Source of the DNA: a virus
Lineage: Duplodnaviria; Caudoviricetes
Virus record (IMG/VR): IMGVR_UViG_3300042691_031247
Length of the DNA stretch: 64,000 nucleotides
Reading direction: 5' to 3' (one strand)
In this document: piece by piece, positions 15,563 through 23,527 of the stretch
Position numbering within the stretch: position 1 is the stretch's first letter
How the letters are laid out: every line of letters starts with the position of its first letter
Made by a program: the position numbers and the translations under genes
Notes under the pieces: generated by a model
The model's database searches: none
The model's input: only the letters and a program-made list of their open reading frames with translations
Told to the model about the DNA's origin: nothing

Positions 15563-15746
15563 CTTGACTCACTACTATTAGTAGCGCTTCCTTGAGGGTG
15601 TCGATCAGGGTGTTGGCACAATCATCCACGACTTTACGCAGATGATCCATTCTGTCAATCGTTTCGCGCATCTCGTCTCTGGTTTTCACCAACGTTTCTG
15701 CAAGCTTGAGCAAAGCCTGCGCCATCGCTATCGACAAGTTATCCAC
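15447..15746 (-). CDS. coiled-coil hypothetical protein
   Basis: AAGGAG with GTG start. Confidence 0.55.
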   Translation of the reverse strand: MDNLSIAMAQALLKLAETLVKTRDEMRETIDRMDHLRKVVDDCANTLIDTLKEALLIVVSQDASDEDGDEVEQPVVDRSSTQGEGSVGSDSEHEKRDEI

Positions 15747-15766
15747 GGGTTCTCCTTTTTTAGATA

Positions 15767-16054
15767 TCAGGACGCCACCTTTTCAGCGGGCTTAGCGCTA
15801 TCAGCAATCTGATCGCGCAGCTGGCCCTCAGCCTCGGCCCACTTGTCGAGGATGAGGTTAGCGAGTGGGCTGTTGACCTTCAGCAAAAACTCCTCGATCT
15901 CCGGGGCCAACGCCGCCAGCGCCAGCAGCTTCGGCTCGCACTCACAGGTGTTGCCGATCTCCAGCACGAAGTGCCCAGCCTCGTCCGCGATGGAGCCGCG
16001 GATATGGTGATGCGAGGGCATTGAGCCCAGCGCGCGCAGTGCAGCAAAAAGCAT
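15767..16054 (-). CDS. hypothetical protein
   Basis: AAGGAG before ATG at 16054. Confidence 0.7.
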   Translation of the reverse strand: MLFAALRALGSMPSHHHIRGSIADEAGHFVLEIGNTCECEPKLLALAALAPEIEEFLLKVNSPLANLILDKWAEAEGQLRDQIADSAKPAEKVAS

Positions 16055-16070
16055 ACTGTTCTCCTTTTCG

Positions 16071-16685
16071 TTAGTCCCACAGGGCTTGGTAGTACTTACC
16101 GAAGAGCGTCGTACCACGGCAGATACGCTCCTCGTGCGCTTTCAACCCATCAAAGTCACACTTCACCCGCTTCATGTGCTCGGTGATGTTATCAATATCG
16201 GCCAAATCATCCCGTCCCTGCCAGAACTGATCGTCGTGATCCGGGTCGTTCAACTGCTCGAACGCCCAGATCATCTCGTTCATGATCCATTCCCAGCGCT
16301 TTTCGTGGAGCTGGTCAGGCGCGCCACAATTCTTTTCTTCTTCGGTCAACGCCGGCGCAGCGCTGGACCGAAGCTCTTCCGGGACGTCTTCGTCGTCGGT
16401 GAAGGGATACCCGTGCTGGGTTTCCTTCAACTGTTTGAGCAGCGGAAGAATAATTGGCGCGAGCGTGTCGTCCACGCTCCACGTGTCGTAATAATGAATC
16501 TTGACCGATACTTTCCGCGTACGTAACCGGCTGTGAAACCACTCGCAGAACGGGCCGAACCACGTCTTGTTCAGCCATTCTCCAATCTTCTGGCAGCGAT
16601 CTTCAGATACACCAACCCATTGCAGCAGGTCGGCGATCTGATACGGACCCCACCACTTCGGCGCCTTGCCAATGTAAACCTTCAT
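16071..16685 (-). CDS. conserved hypothetical protein of a type seen in T4-like myoviruses
   Basis: MKVYIGK...DTWS.D.TLA.II.P.L.QLK...HG.P...W.WIMNEMIWAF...LFGKYY..LWD pattern. Confidence 0.75.
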   Translation of the reverse strand: MKVYIGKAPKWWGPYQIADLLQWVGVSEDRCQKIGEWLNKTWFGPFCEWFHSRLRTRKVSVKIHYYDTWSVDDTLAPIILPLLKQLKETQHGYPFTDDEDVPEELRSSAAPALTEEEKNCGAPDQLHEKRWEWIMNEMIWAFEQLNDPDHDDQFWQGRDDLADIDNITEHMKRVKCDFDGLKAHEERICRGTTLFGKYYQALWD

Positions 16686-16695
16686 AGAATCCTTT

Positions 16696-16986
16696 CTAGT
16701 CGTTAAACCTCTGCCACTGATGCTGACAATCCGGGCACTCCCAATACGACACGCCGTCGTAGTGCTTGGGGTGGCTGTACGGCAGCTGGACGCCGATCAG
16801 CCTACTGAACTTGTACGGCGGCGAATAGCACTGCGCAATATATTCACGCAGGTCTTCGTCGCTCTTGTCTTTACACCAGTCCTGCCCGCGCAAGACCGTA
16901 AAAATATCTCCAGCACACCAATCAGCCTCACACTCCGGGCAATGCCCAAAGTGATCAAGCGTGGCTGTTTTTTCATTCAGCAACAT
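16696..16986 (-). CDS. Zn-finger-like conserved phage hypothetical protein
   Basis: CPEC...YDGVSYWECPDC. Confidence 0.75.
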   Translation of the reverse strand: MLLNEKTATLDHFGHCPECEADWCAGDIFTVLRGQDWCKDKSDEDLREYIAQCYSPPYKFSRLIGVQLPYSHPKHYDGVSYWECPDCQHQWQRFND

Positions 16987-17218
16987 TGGTCAACTCCTGT
17001 GGCTTACAGACGACAAATTTATCAACGCCGGGCAGAATGTTTAATGTTCTGCCGTTGTCCCACTTGACGCCAATTTGGTGCCATTCTGCCGGACCCTCCA
17101 GCGAGAGATATACGATTGTCCCTTTCAATCCTGCCGGCATACCCTCTTCAACCGGAATTATTTTCGAGTCCGGGTTTGTCATGGGCGCCAGCAATTCGAT
17201 TCGATCGCCGATTTTCAA
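16973..17218 (-). CDS. DUF4314-like protein
   Basis: GDRIEL..M..P.....G.KGTI......QIGVKWDNGRTLNIL.G.D. Confidence 0.7.
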   Translation of the reverse strand: MKIGDRIELLAPMTNPDSKIIPVEEGMPAGLKGTIVYLSLEGPAEWHQIGVKWDNGRTLNILPGVDKFVVCKPQELTNVAE

Positions 17219-17239
17219 CGGATGTGCCTTTCAAAAAAA

Positions 17240-17530
17240 AGAAAAACCGGGCGGGTCGATTTACGCCCCCGACCCTATAGCCCAAGACTAGCTGCAGCTC
17301 TTCTTGGAACTCCCCCACGTCGGCAGCACGCCACGAGATTCCCCGCAGCGGTATCCGAAGGCAAGGAGTACCCGGTTAGACAACGGCGCGCTCAGGTATG
17401 CTAGCTGGCGCTGGATATAGGACTTTGGGCTCGGGCATACCAATCCACCCTAGTTTCCCGGAGTTCTTGGCCGGCAAGTGACGGCTGTTACTCCTTCGTC
17501 CCCGTTGTTGTTCGAGACCCGGCTGTTAAT
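17240..17530 (-). ncRNA. putative structured ncRNA of unknown class, downstream of the tmRNA
   Basis: no credible ORF; several 6-8 bp long-range helices, including crossing pairs; ends in a U-rich tract. Confidence 0.55.
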
Positions 17531-17621
17531 TCAGCAATCTTACCCGTTGAAAGATAAGACGCGGACGCAATGCCGCGGTGTTAATTCACTTCACTACCCG
17601 ATGAAGGATAGTTCCGGGCTA

Positions 17622-17966
17622 TGGAGGCGGCGGGAGTCGAACCCGCGTCCAGAGATATCTCCAGAAAGAACGTCTACGTGTGTAGGCAGTTGTTGTTTAC
17701 ACTCCTGCCAAAGTTAGCCGATTATCGGCGTCAGGTGGGCTACCACCATCTTGCCCTTTCTCGCCGGGCCAGATCAGCCGATTATCGGCGTCAACCTGAT
17801 TGGGCAATAAGGCTCAGGTCGCCTCACCCACTGGCCTATTAACTAGGCAGCGAGGGCCGGAGCAAAAGCGCCAGCTAGAAACGTAATCGGCTTTTAACGT
17901 GGCCAACCGATCAACCACGACACGCAGTCCTAACCTTCCTTATCCTGTCGAAACCAGTACGCCCCC
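17622..17966 (-). ncRNA. ssrA: tmRNA; tag (A)GAFAPALAA
   Basis: 5' GGGGGCG...TTCGAC, 3' GGTTCGACTCCCGCCGCCTCCA with G3-U70, PK1, and tag ORF at 17843-17872. Confidence 0.95.
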
Positions 17967-18078
17967 GAACTCTCGCCGCAAGGATGTGGTGATCACACGT
18001 AATATACGCTCCCACGCACATTAAGGCTCATAACTTCCCCTTGCATTTCGCAACGCTGTACACACGCTGCCGAGAGAA

Positions 18079-18152
18079 TAACCCGGGTGGGAGTCGAACC
18101 CACAACAAGTAGATCCTAAGTCTACCGCCTCTGCCAGTTGGGCTACCGAGTT
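18079..18152 (-). tRNA. tRNA-Leu(UAG) with an atypically short variable loop
   Basis: cloverleaf folded by hand; anticodon loop CT-TAG-GA; no encoded CCA. Confidence 0.85.
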
Positions 18153-18158
18153 GCGCAT

Positions 18159-18231
18159 TGACCCCACGGGGATTCGAACCCCGGTAAACGGAACGAAAAT
18201 CCGTTGTCCTAGGCCACTAGACGATGGGGCC
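18159..18231 (-). tRNA. tRNA-Glu(UUC)
   Basis: cloverleaf; anticodon loop TT-TTC-GT. Confidence 0.9.
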
Positions 18232-18240
18232 ATTGTCGTC

Positions 18241-18462
18241 TCAGTCTACCTTCTCGACGTTTAGCGCGATAAGAAAACCACACATCTGGGCAAATGTGAT
18301 CAGCTGCTTCTCTTTGAGTTTGAAGAAATCTGCAAAGTGAGTAAACAGATCACAAGGCGACAGATCTGTCGGGTTTTGCGTTTCACGCAATTTAGATATC
18401 AATTCGGCTGCTCGTTCTAGAGTCATCTTGCTATTCCTTCGTGTAAAGATAACAGAACTCAT
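18241..18462 (-). CDS. small hypothetical protein
   Basis: fills the gap between tRNAs; start could be the internal MTLERA after AAGGA. Confidence 0.55.
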   Translation of the reverse strand: MSSVIFTRRNSKMTLERAAELISKLRETQNPTDLSPCDLFTHFADFFKLKEKQLITFAQMCGFLIALNVEKVD

Positions 18463-18487
18463 TGGGCCGCCAAGGAGTCGAATCTTG
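18463..18487 (-). pseudogene. tRNA 3'-half remnant (T arm plus acceptor strand)
   Basis: CAAGA-TTCGACT-CCTTG-GCGGCCC-A with no matching 5' half nearby. Confidence 0.5.
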
Positions 18488-18536
18488 CGTTTTTGTTGTC
18501 TTCCAACTACACTGCGTTATTCCAAACGGAGGTTTT

Positions 18537-19031
18537 ATGCGCTGCGTCAATTGCAACATAGAGACAACAAATCCGCGTTTTTGTGGTCGCTCGTGTTCGG
18601 TTAGTTACAACAATCGCCGCGCGCCAAAAAGAAAAAAACAAACACAAGCGTGTCCAAATTGTTTAACCCAATTTTTTAAACGCGTAAACAGCAATCAAAC
18701 GTTCTGCAGCGTTCAATGCCGCAAAACAAATTACTGCGCAAAAATTACTGCGGCTGGTCGTTTTGATATTAACGGCCAACCCAGCAGCGTAACTGTGCGC
18801 AAGTTTTTAATTGTTACGTCCGGCAATATCTGCACTGTTTGCGGTCAAACCGGTAACAACTGGCGCGGTCAGCCATTGACGCTAATTGTTGACCACATGG
18901 ACGGAAACGCCCGCAACTGGAAAATTGAAAACATTCGACTTGTGTGTCCAAATTGCGACAGCCAGCTACCCACGTTTAAAGGTAGAAACAAAGGTAAAAG
19001 CACACGCAAATACACAATCATTCAACGCTAG
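18537..19031 (+). CDS. HNH homing-endonuclease-like protein with N-terminal Zn fingers
   Basis: CTVCG...LIVDHMDGN..N..IENIRLVCPNCDSQ; GGAGG before ATG at 18537; antisense to the tRNA array. Confidence 0.9.
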   Translation: MRCVNCNIETTNPRFCGRSCSVSYNNRRAPKRKKQTQACPNCLTQFFKRVNSNQTFCSVQCRKTNYCAKITAAGRFDINGQPSSVTVRKFLIVTSGNICTVCGQTGNNWRGQPLTLIVDHMDGNARNWKIENIRLVCPNCDSQLPTFKGRNKGKSTRKYTIIQR

Positions 19032-19132
19032 TACGCCCGCAGGGAATCGAACCCCGACCTACAGGTAATCAGCCTGTATCCTTTCGGACCGAGAATATAA
19101 GTCTCGTGTGCTAACCGTTACACCACGGGCGC
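19032..19132 (-). tRNA. tRNA-Ile(UAU), 101 nt, with a second anticodon-like arm (GAU) in the variable region
   Basis: canonical acceptor, D and T arms; arm 1 CGAGA-CTTATAT-TCTCG; extra GTCC-GAAA-GGAT and ACAGG-CTGATTA-CCTGT. Confidence 0.8.
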
Positions 19133-19202
19133 ATATCTCGCGTGGGCGGGGCGCCAGCAGCTTGGGCTACTGCCAGCGCCCCGCCGTCAGCGAGTCTACG
19201 CT

Positions 19203-19565
19203 TCAGCGGTAGCGTTTGCACGCGTACCACCGGCCATCCCTGCCACGCGCGACCCCTTGGTCTACAACCGCTCTGCCGCTATTGCTATAGCAGCAGTTTC
19301 CCAGCGCCTGCTCGGGCGTTGAGCCCATGCCGACGCCTTCGTAACCGGCGTTGCCGCCGTGATGTCCCATGCGGCCATTGCTAGCCTGCAGCTCAGCTAC
19401 GCCCTGTGCCGTAGACGTATGCCCGGCGTAAGAACTAGCGTAGGAATAGGACTTCACTGGAACCTGCGCCTGAGACGGCGTGTAAGACCGACGGTGCCGC
19501 GGGGCAGCATGCGCAACGCTGACCAGCGAAAGAGCGACGGCTACACACATGAGAAAACGGAACAT
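19203..19565 (-). CDS. secreted small Cys-containing protein (planctomycete-type)
   Basis: signal peptide; EGVGMG.T...A..NCC...QGVA.G.DGRWYACKRY; GGAGG RBS. Confidence 0.75.
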   Translation of the reverse strand: MFRFLMCVAVALSLVSVAHAAPRHRRSYTPSQAQVPVKSYSYASSYAGHTSTAQGVAELQASNGRMGHHGGNAGYEGVGMGSTPEQALGNCCYSNSGRAVVDQGVARGRDGRWYACKRYR

Positions 19566-19632
19566 AACGATCCTCCGTGACCCCGCTGCTGGTGTGCGCA
19601 GCGTGAAAACAAACAAGCCCCACACCGGGCAG

Positions 19633-19706
19633 TAGGCGCAAAGGGACTCGAACCCCTAACCCCCTGCGTGTAAAACAGGTGCTCTGACCAATTGAGCTAT
19701 GCGCCT
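19633..19706 (-). tRNA. tRNA-Val(UAC)
   Basis: cloverleaf; anticodon loop TT-TAC-AC. Confidence 0.92.
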
Positions 19707-19712
19707 GCGAGA

Positions 19713-20069
19713 CTACGCCGCGCGCTCTCGCTCGCGGCGTTGACGCCGACGAGCCCACGGAGACCGGTTCCAGTACCAGCCCCGCCAGCGATTGCAATAC
19801 GCACGCCAGCGCCGACGCAACTTGTGATACCACTTGTTGCGGCCGATGCCGGTGAGGTAATGCTGCGTCCAGAATTCCATCGACTCGTCTGACGTACCAT
19901 CCACGTAGCTTTCGCTGCAGTCGAAGCAACGGTTTGCCGGCACACGATACATAGGAACTTTGTGCATTGTTCCATCAATGCGCATCGTCACGACGTCGTT
20001 GAACTCAACCGCTTCGATACGACCGCCGCAGTGAATGCACTTTAACGACTTGTAAACCGGATTACCCAT
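19713..20069 (-). CDS. YgiT/MqsA-type zinc-finger protein
   Basis: CIHCGG...VPANRCFDCSESY; GGAGG RBS. Confidence 0.7.
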   Translation of the reverse strand: MGNPVYKSLKCIHCGGRIEAVEFNDVVTMRIDGTMHKVPMYRVPANRCFDCSESYVDGTSDESMEFWTQHYLTGIGRNKWYHKLRRRWRAYCNRWRGWYWNRSPWARRRQRRERERAA

Positions 20070-20081
20070 ACAGCCCTCCAA

Positions 20082-20167
20082 TGGCCAAGGCGGGACTCGA
20101 ACCCGCACGGGAAATTACTCCCAGCGGATTTTAAGTCCGCTGCGTCTGCCAATTTCGCCACTTAGCC
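20082..20167 (-). tRNA. tRNA-Leu(UAA)
   Basis: cloverleaf with a long variable arm; anticodon loop CT-TAA-AA. Confidence 0.93.
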
Positions 20168-20176
20168 AGCCGCCCG

Positions 20177-20488
20177 CTAGACCAGTGCGGGCTCTTGCGG
20201 AGCCGGATACTGCTCGGGATGCGCTATGTGACGAAAACGATCCTTTCCCGTCTTACTGTGCGTCCCGAACATGTCACGGCGGTGCATCGTCTGTTCAACC
20301 GCCTCAAACGCTTGCTTCAATCGCAGAAACTGCGAGTAAGTCATTGAAAAAGCGTCTGGTTTTTGCGGACTCTCCATATTCCACGGCATACTGTTGAGCA
20401 CTTCGGCCAGCTTTCGCAGCTCAATTGGCAACCGGTCGTTGTAGTACTCCGCCATGCTCTCGAATTCATCGCGTTCTTGTGTCGCCAT
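20177..20488 (-). CDS. hypothetical protein
   Basis: GAGG upstream of MATQERDEF. Confidence 0.6.
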   Translation of the reverse strand: MATQERDEFESMAEYYNDRLPIELRKLAEVLNSMPWNMESPQKPDAFSMTYSQFLRLKQAFEAVEQTMHRRDMFGTHSKTGKDRFRHIAHPEQYPAPQEPALV

Positions 20489-20699
20489 TCCAGACGTACC
20501 TCTTGTCACCAATTTGACACCACCACCGCTGCCCATCGTTCCAGTAGACGGGAGTCACAGACGGAGATGGGGGCTGCAGCGTTGTCGGCGCGGGATGCGC
20601 CTTCTGATACTCTTCATAGCTCTGCCAAGCGATCCCCGCAAGCATCAGCAACGCCGTCACCAAACCAATCACGTTTCCCTTGATCTCGATACCCTTCAT
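20466..20699 (-). CDS. small membrane-anchored protein
   Basis: AAGGAGG RBS; N-terminal transmembrane segment. Confidence 0.65.
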   Translation of the reverse strand: MKGIEIKGNVIGLVTALLMLAGIAWQSYEEYQKAHPAPTTLQPPSPSVTPVYWNDGQRWWCQIGDKRYVWNGDTRTR

Positions 20700-20748
20700 T
20701 TCAAAACCTCCTTGTTTGGAAATGACCTTTGAACAACCAATCGAACAA

Positions 20749-20821
20749 TGGGCCCTGTGGGACTCGAACCCACGACCAAAGGATTAAAAGTCCCTTGCTC
20801 TACCAACTGAGCTAAAGGCCC
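20749..20821 (-). tRNA. tRNA-Lys(UUU)
   Basis: cloverleaf; anticodon loop CT-TTT-AA. Confidence 0.93.
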
Positions 20822-20854
20822 GCTGCGTTTTTACCGTACGCTAACGGGGACCAC

Positions 20855-21556
20855 TTACTTTTTCATCGGGGTCATACGCGGCCGAACATGTGGCGTGGCC
20901 GGCCACTGGTTTGGGCAGGTGCCGTCCGGGCAGTCGCCCTTGGCGTTGCTTGCCTGCGCTTCTGGTGCGGGCTTTGCTGCCCGCGCTTCCTGCCGCACCT
21001 CCTGCCGCTTTGCTGGCGCACGGCCTGCCGGCCAGAACGCCTCAGACATTCCGCCGTTGATGACGTGAGCTTTCCACTGCCCCTTTTCAACACGGGCATA
21101 CAGCTGGTACTCGCACAGCTCCCACTTGGGCAGCAGGCCAGACCGGTGGCGGTACTCTGTGTAATCCACGTCATCATCTTTGGCCATGGTCCACTGTGTG
21201 ATTTGCACAGCAGCCCACAAGCCCTTCGTATCGCGCCAGCTCGTAATCCACCGGCAGTCTACGAGCCGGATGTAAACGTCCGTATCGTCGAACATCTTCT
21301 GGCATTCCACCATGAAGTTCTCGCGATCCGGGCAGTTTGACGTCATGGTAGTCATCACAGCCTTGAGGTCTTCAGTCGTGCACGCCCTGAAGTTTTCTTC
21401 CATGACTTCCCGAATCGCCGCGGTAGCCGCATCGACATACTCGTGGTTGTAGGGATCGGTGACGCGATCCCATTTACCACTGCGTGCGTTTTGCTGCGCT
21501 TCGGCGGCAGTACACACAAACAACACAAAAAGAACCGAGGTCATGAACTTAATCAT
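20855..21556 (-). CDS. secreted protein, possibly NTF2/SnoaL-like fold
   Basis: signal peptide ending AEA; helix-then-strand pattern; AAGGAG RBS. Confidence 0.6.
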   Translation of the reverse strand: MIKFMTSVLFVLFVCTAAEAQQNARSGKWDRVTDPYNHEYVDAATAAIREVMEENFRACTTEDLKAVMTTMTSNCPDRENFMVECQKMFDDTDVYIRLVDCRWITSWRDTKGLWAAVQITQWTMAKDDDVDYTEYRHRSGLLPKWELCEYQLYARVEKGQWKAHVINGGMSEAFWPAGRAPAKRQEVRQEARAAKPAPEAQASNAKGDCPDGTCPNQWPATPHVRPRMTPMKK

Positions 21557-21801
21557 CTCGCTGACTCCTTTAAGCATGCCTCAGCAAGGCCGCCTAAAAC
21601 GACCCAGCCAAGAAATGCGCCTATTAGGTTTACTGCTTCTCCCATCTGGAAGGACCGCGCCGCAAATAGCCCAAGTGCGGTGCCGGCCACAGTACACATA
21701 ACAACCAAGATCTCACGCATAATCGGGTATGGCATGGCATCCTCCTTGCGTAGCCCGAATGTGTGCGCCCAAATCCGCAAACACGTATTTGCGGGGCACA
21801 C
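21553..21801 (-). CDS. small two-TM membrane protein (start probably the internal MPYP)
   Basis: two hydrophobic segments; ATGA overlap with the next gene. Confidence 0.6.
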   Translation of the reverse strand: MCPANTCLRIWAHTFGLRKEDAMPYPIMREILVVMCTVAGTALGLFAARSFQMGEAVNLIGAFLGWVVLGGLAEACLKESAR

Positions 21802-21836
21802 GAAATATGCCCGGATATTGCCAAAAATTTAGGCAA

Positions 21837-22979
21837 TCAGGCGGGGGCACAAACAGGCCCGTCACAGCGTTTTTGCTCTACCCATTCTGGCGGCAAAGTG
21901 TACCAGCCCTTGTCGTACAGCTGGTAGATCTTCTGAAACGCTTCATCGTACAGCGCGCCGCACGCTTCAAGGCTGTACGTGCGCCGGGCGGCCTGCGCAA
22001 TAGCTACGCGGTCGAGATCATGGACTTTGCTGAGCGCCTGCATCCAGTCAGCCAGCGTCTTGCAGCGGAAACCGTTGAAACCCTGCTGCACGGTCTCGGT
22101 AAACGCGCCGTAGTCTGTTGAGATGAGCGGCGTGCCACACAGCAGACCTTCGACACCAGATCCGCCGAACGGCTCAATGAAGTTTGTGGGCATGAGCGAG
22201 CAGATCGCATTGCGCATAAATTCGCTGCGCTCTCGACCGGCAATCGGGCCGCGGTACACGATGTTCGGGTGCGCCCAGCGTGTGTGATCGCCCTGCCCGC
22301 ACAGCACGATCTTGGCGCTGCGATCTATGTTGGGTAAAAACTTGGCAATTTCATATAGCGTGTCGAGCCCTTTGCAGGCGTCGATGCGGCCGAGAAACGC
22401 ATAGTACGCACCGGGCGCAAAACGAGGTTGCCAGTCCTCGATATCAAAATAGTTCGGGATCACGAACTCGTAGTGCGCGCCTTGCCGCCCGTCTTTACCG
22501 GCGTGATAGTGCCGCCACGCGTAGCTCTCAAATATCTTAATCGTGCCGTCTACCAGCGTCGGGTAACCAATGCCGGTTTCGACGTGGCTGTTTTCAGGGA
22601 AGTCGTGCAGCAGCCGCGAGTGCGCGTGCCCGAACGGGTGACAGATAATGTCGCGCGGCTTAACCCGCTGCTTCATCGCCGGGACAAGGCGCTCTTCAAA
22701 CAAATTATGATGGGGCGCGCCGACTGTGGCGTTGTCTCCATGAAACGCTTTCTTGTCACGATTGCCCAGCATGTTTTCAAATTCGTCATGCGTGAGCATT
22801 TCTACTTTCTCGTCAGCCAGACTTTCACTGCCGGCGTTCGCGTACTCAATGACGCGATACCCGTACATGCGCAGCATTTTGGAGAAGCGCAGAGCTTTTC
22901 CGGTGAACGCGCAATGGGAGTATGCTGCCGTATGCTTGGTGTGAAAGATACCAACGAGATGCAGTGTCGGCCGTGACAT
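21837..22979 (-). CDS. GT-B fold (GT4-like) glycosyltransferase
   Basis: FLGRIDACKG and PTNFIEPFGGSGVEGLLCGTPLI (E-x7-E) motifs. Confidence 0.88.
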   Translation of the reverse strand: MSRPTLHLVGIFHTKHTAAYSHCAFTGKALRFSKMLRMYGYRVIEYANAGSESLADEKVEMLTHDEFENMLGNRDKKAFHGDNATVGAPHHNLFEERLVPAMKQRVKPRDIICHPFGHAHSRLLHDFPENSHVETGIGYPTLVDGTIKIFESYAWRHYHAGKDGRQGAHYEFVIPNYFDIEDWQPRFAPGAYYAFLGRIDACKGLDTLYEIAKFLPNIDRSAKIVLCGQGDHTRWAHPNIVYRGPIAGRERSEFMRNAICSLMPTNFIEPFGGSGVEGLLCGTPLISTDYGAFTETVQQGFNGFRCKTLADWMQALSKVHDLDRVAIAQAARRTYSLEACGALYDEAFQKIYQLYDKGWYTLPPEWVEQKRCDGPVCAPA

Positions 22980-22988
22980 GTGTGTTCC

Positions 22989-23423
22989 TTACTGGTCGAA
23001 CGAGAATTCTTGCTGACGCGGATCTGGCGTAGCCTTTTTCTGCTTTAATTGCATCGCGGTGGCGGTGAGACTGGCCGCGATTTTTTGCCGTGCGTCGTCA
23101 GTCACAGCCGGAATAAATAATGTGTACGCGTTGCCCGGCCCAAACATAATCGTGACGCCATTTTCGTTTACTTGTGTTTTGCTGGGGTGAAAAATACCTA
23201 GCAAACCTTTAAGATAATTATTCTCCGCCACAATCGCTGAAATCGTAGCGGCCAGCTCATTCACCCGATCGTTTTTGAAGCCGACAAAGCGAATGCCGCT
23301 CTTTGCGATTTCGAGCAGCTTTGTAACCGCCCATGAGCTGTCTTCGAGTAACGAGATCACGGCTTCCGGGCTCAGCATCTCTTCTTTCGGCCGATCGCAT
23401 TTTTTGTTGGCGCAGCAACCCAT
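22989..23423 (-). CDS. hypothetical protein
   Basis: AAAGGA before MGCCANKK. Confidence 0.65.
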   Translation of the reverse strand: MGCCANKKCDRPKEEMLSPEAVISLLEDSSWAVTKLLEIAKSGIRFVGFKNDRVNELAATISAIVAENNYLKGLLGIFHPSKTQVNENGVTIMFGPGNAYTLFIPAVTDDARQKIAASLTATAMQLKQKKATPDPRQQEFSFDQ

Positions 23424-23527
23424 GTCGTTTCCTTTGGTGGTAGCGGGTATCACGATACGCGACGTACAAAATCAAACTGCCCCATATCAGCATGACGCTG
23501 ATAAAAATAACCCATTTAGCAAGCATG

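Noticed and set aside
17274-17430. Group I intron core (AAGACUA and GAUAUAG look like R/S elements)
   Set aside because: The P7 partner UAGUC is missing in the right place, and no interrupted gene flanks the region.
17240-17530. RNase P RNA (GAACUCCGGG...AGGGUG resembles CR-I/P5)
   Set aside because: The universal GAGGAAAGUCC and ACAGAA...GCUUA segments are absent, so it is kept as an unassigned RNA.
23257-23526. 89-aa ORF with an N-terminal hydrophobic segment
   Set aside because: It overlaps the better-supported 22989-23423 gene by about 165 nt and has no clear RBS; left uncalled.
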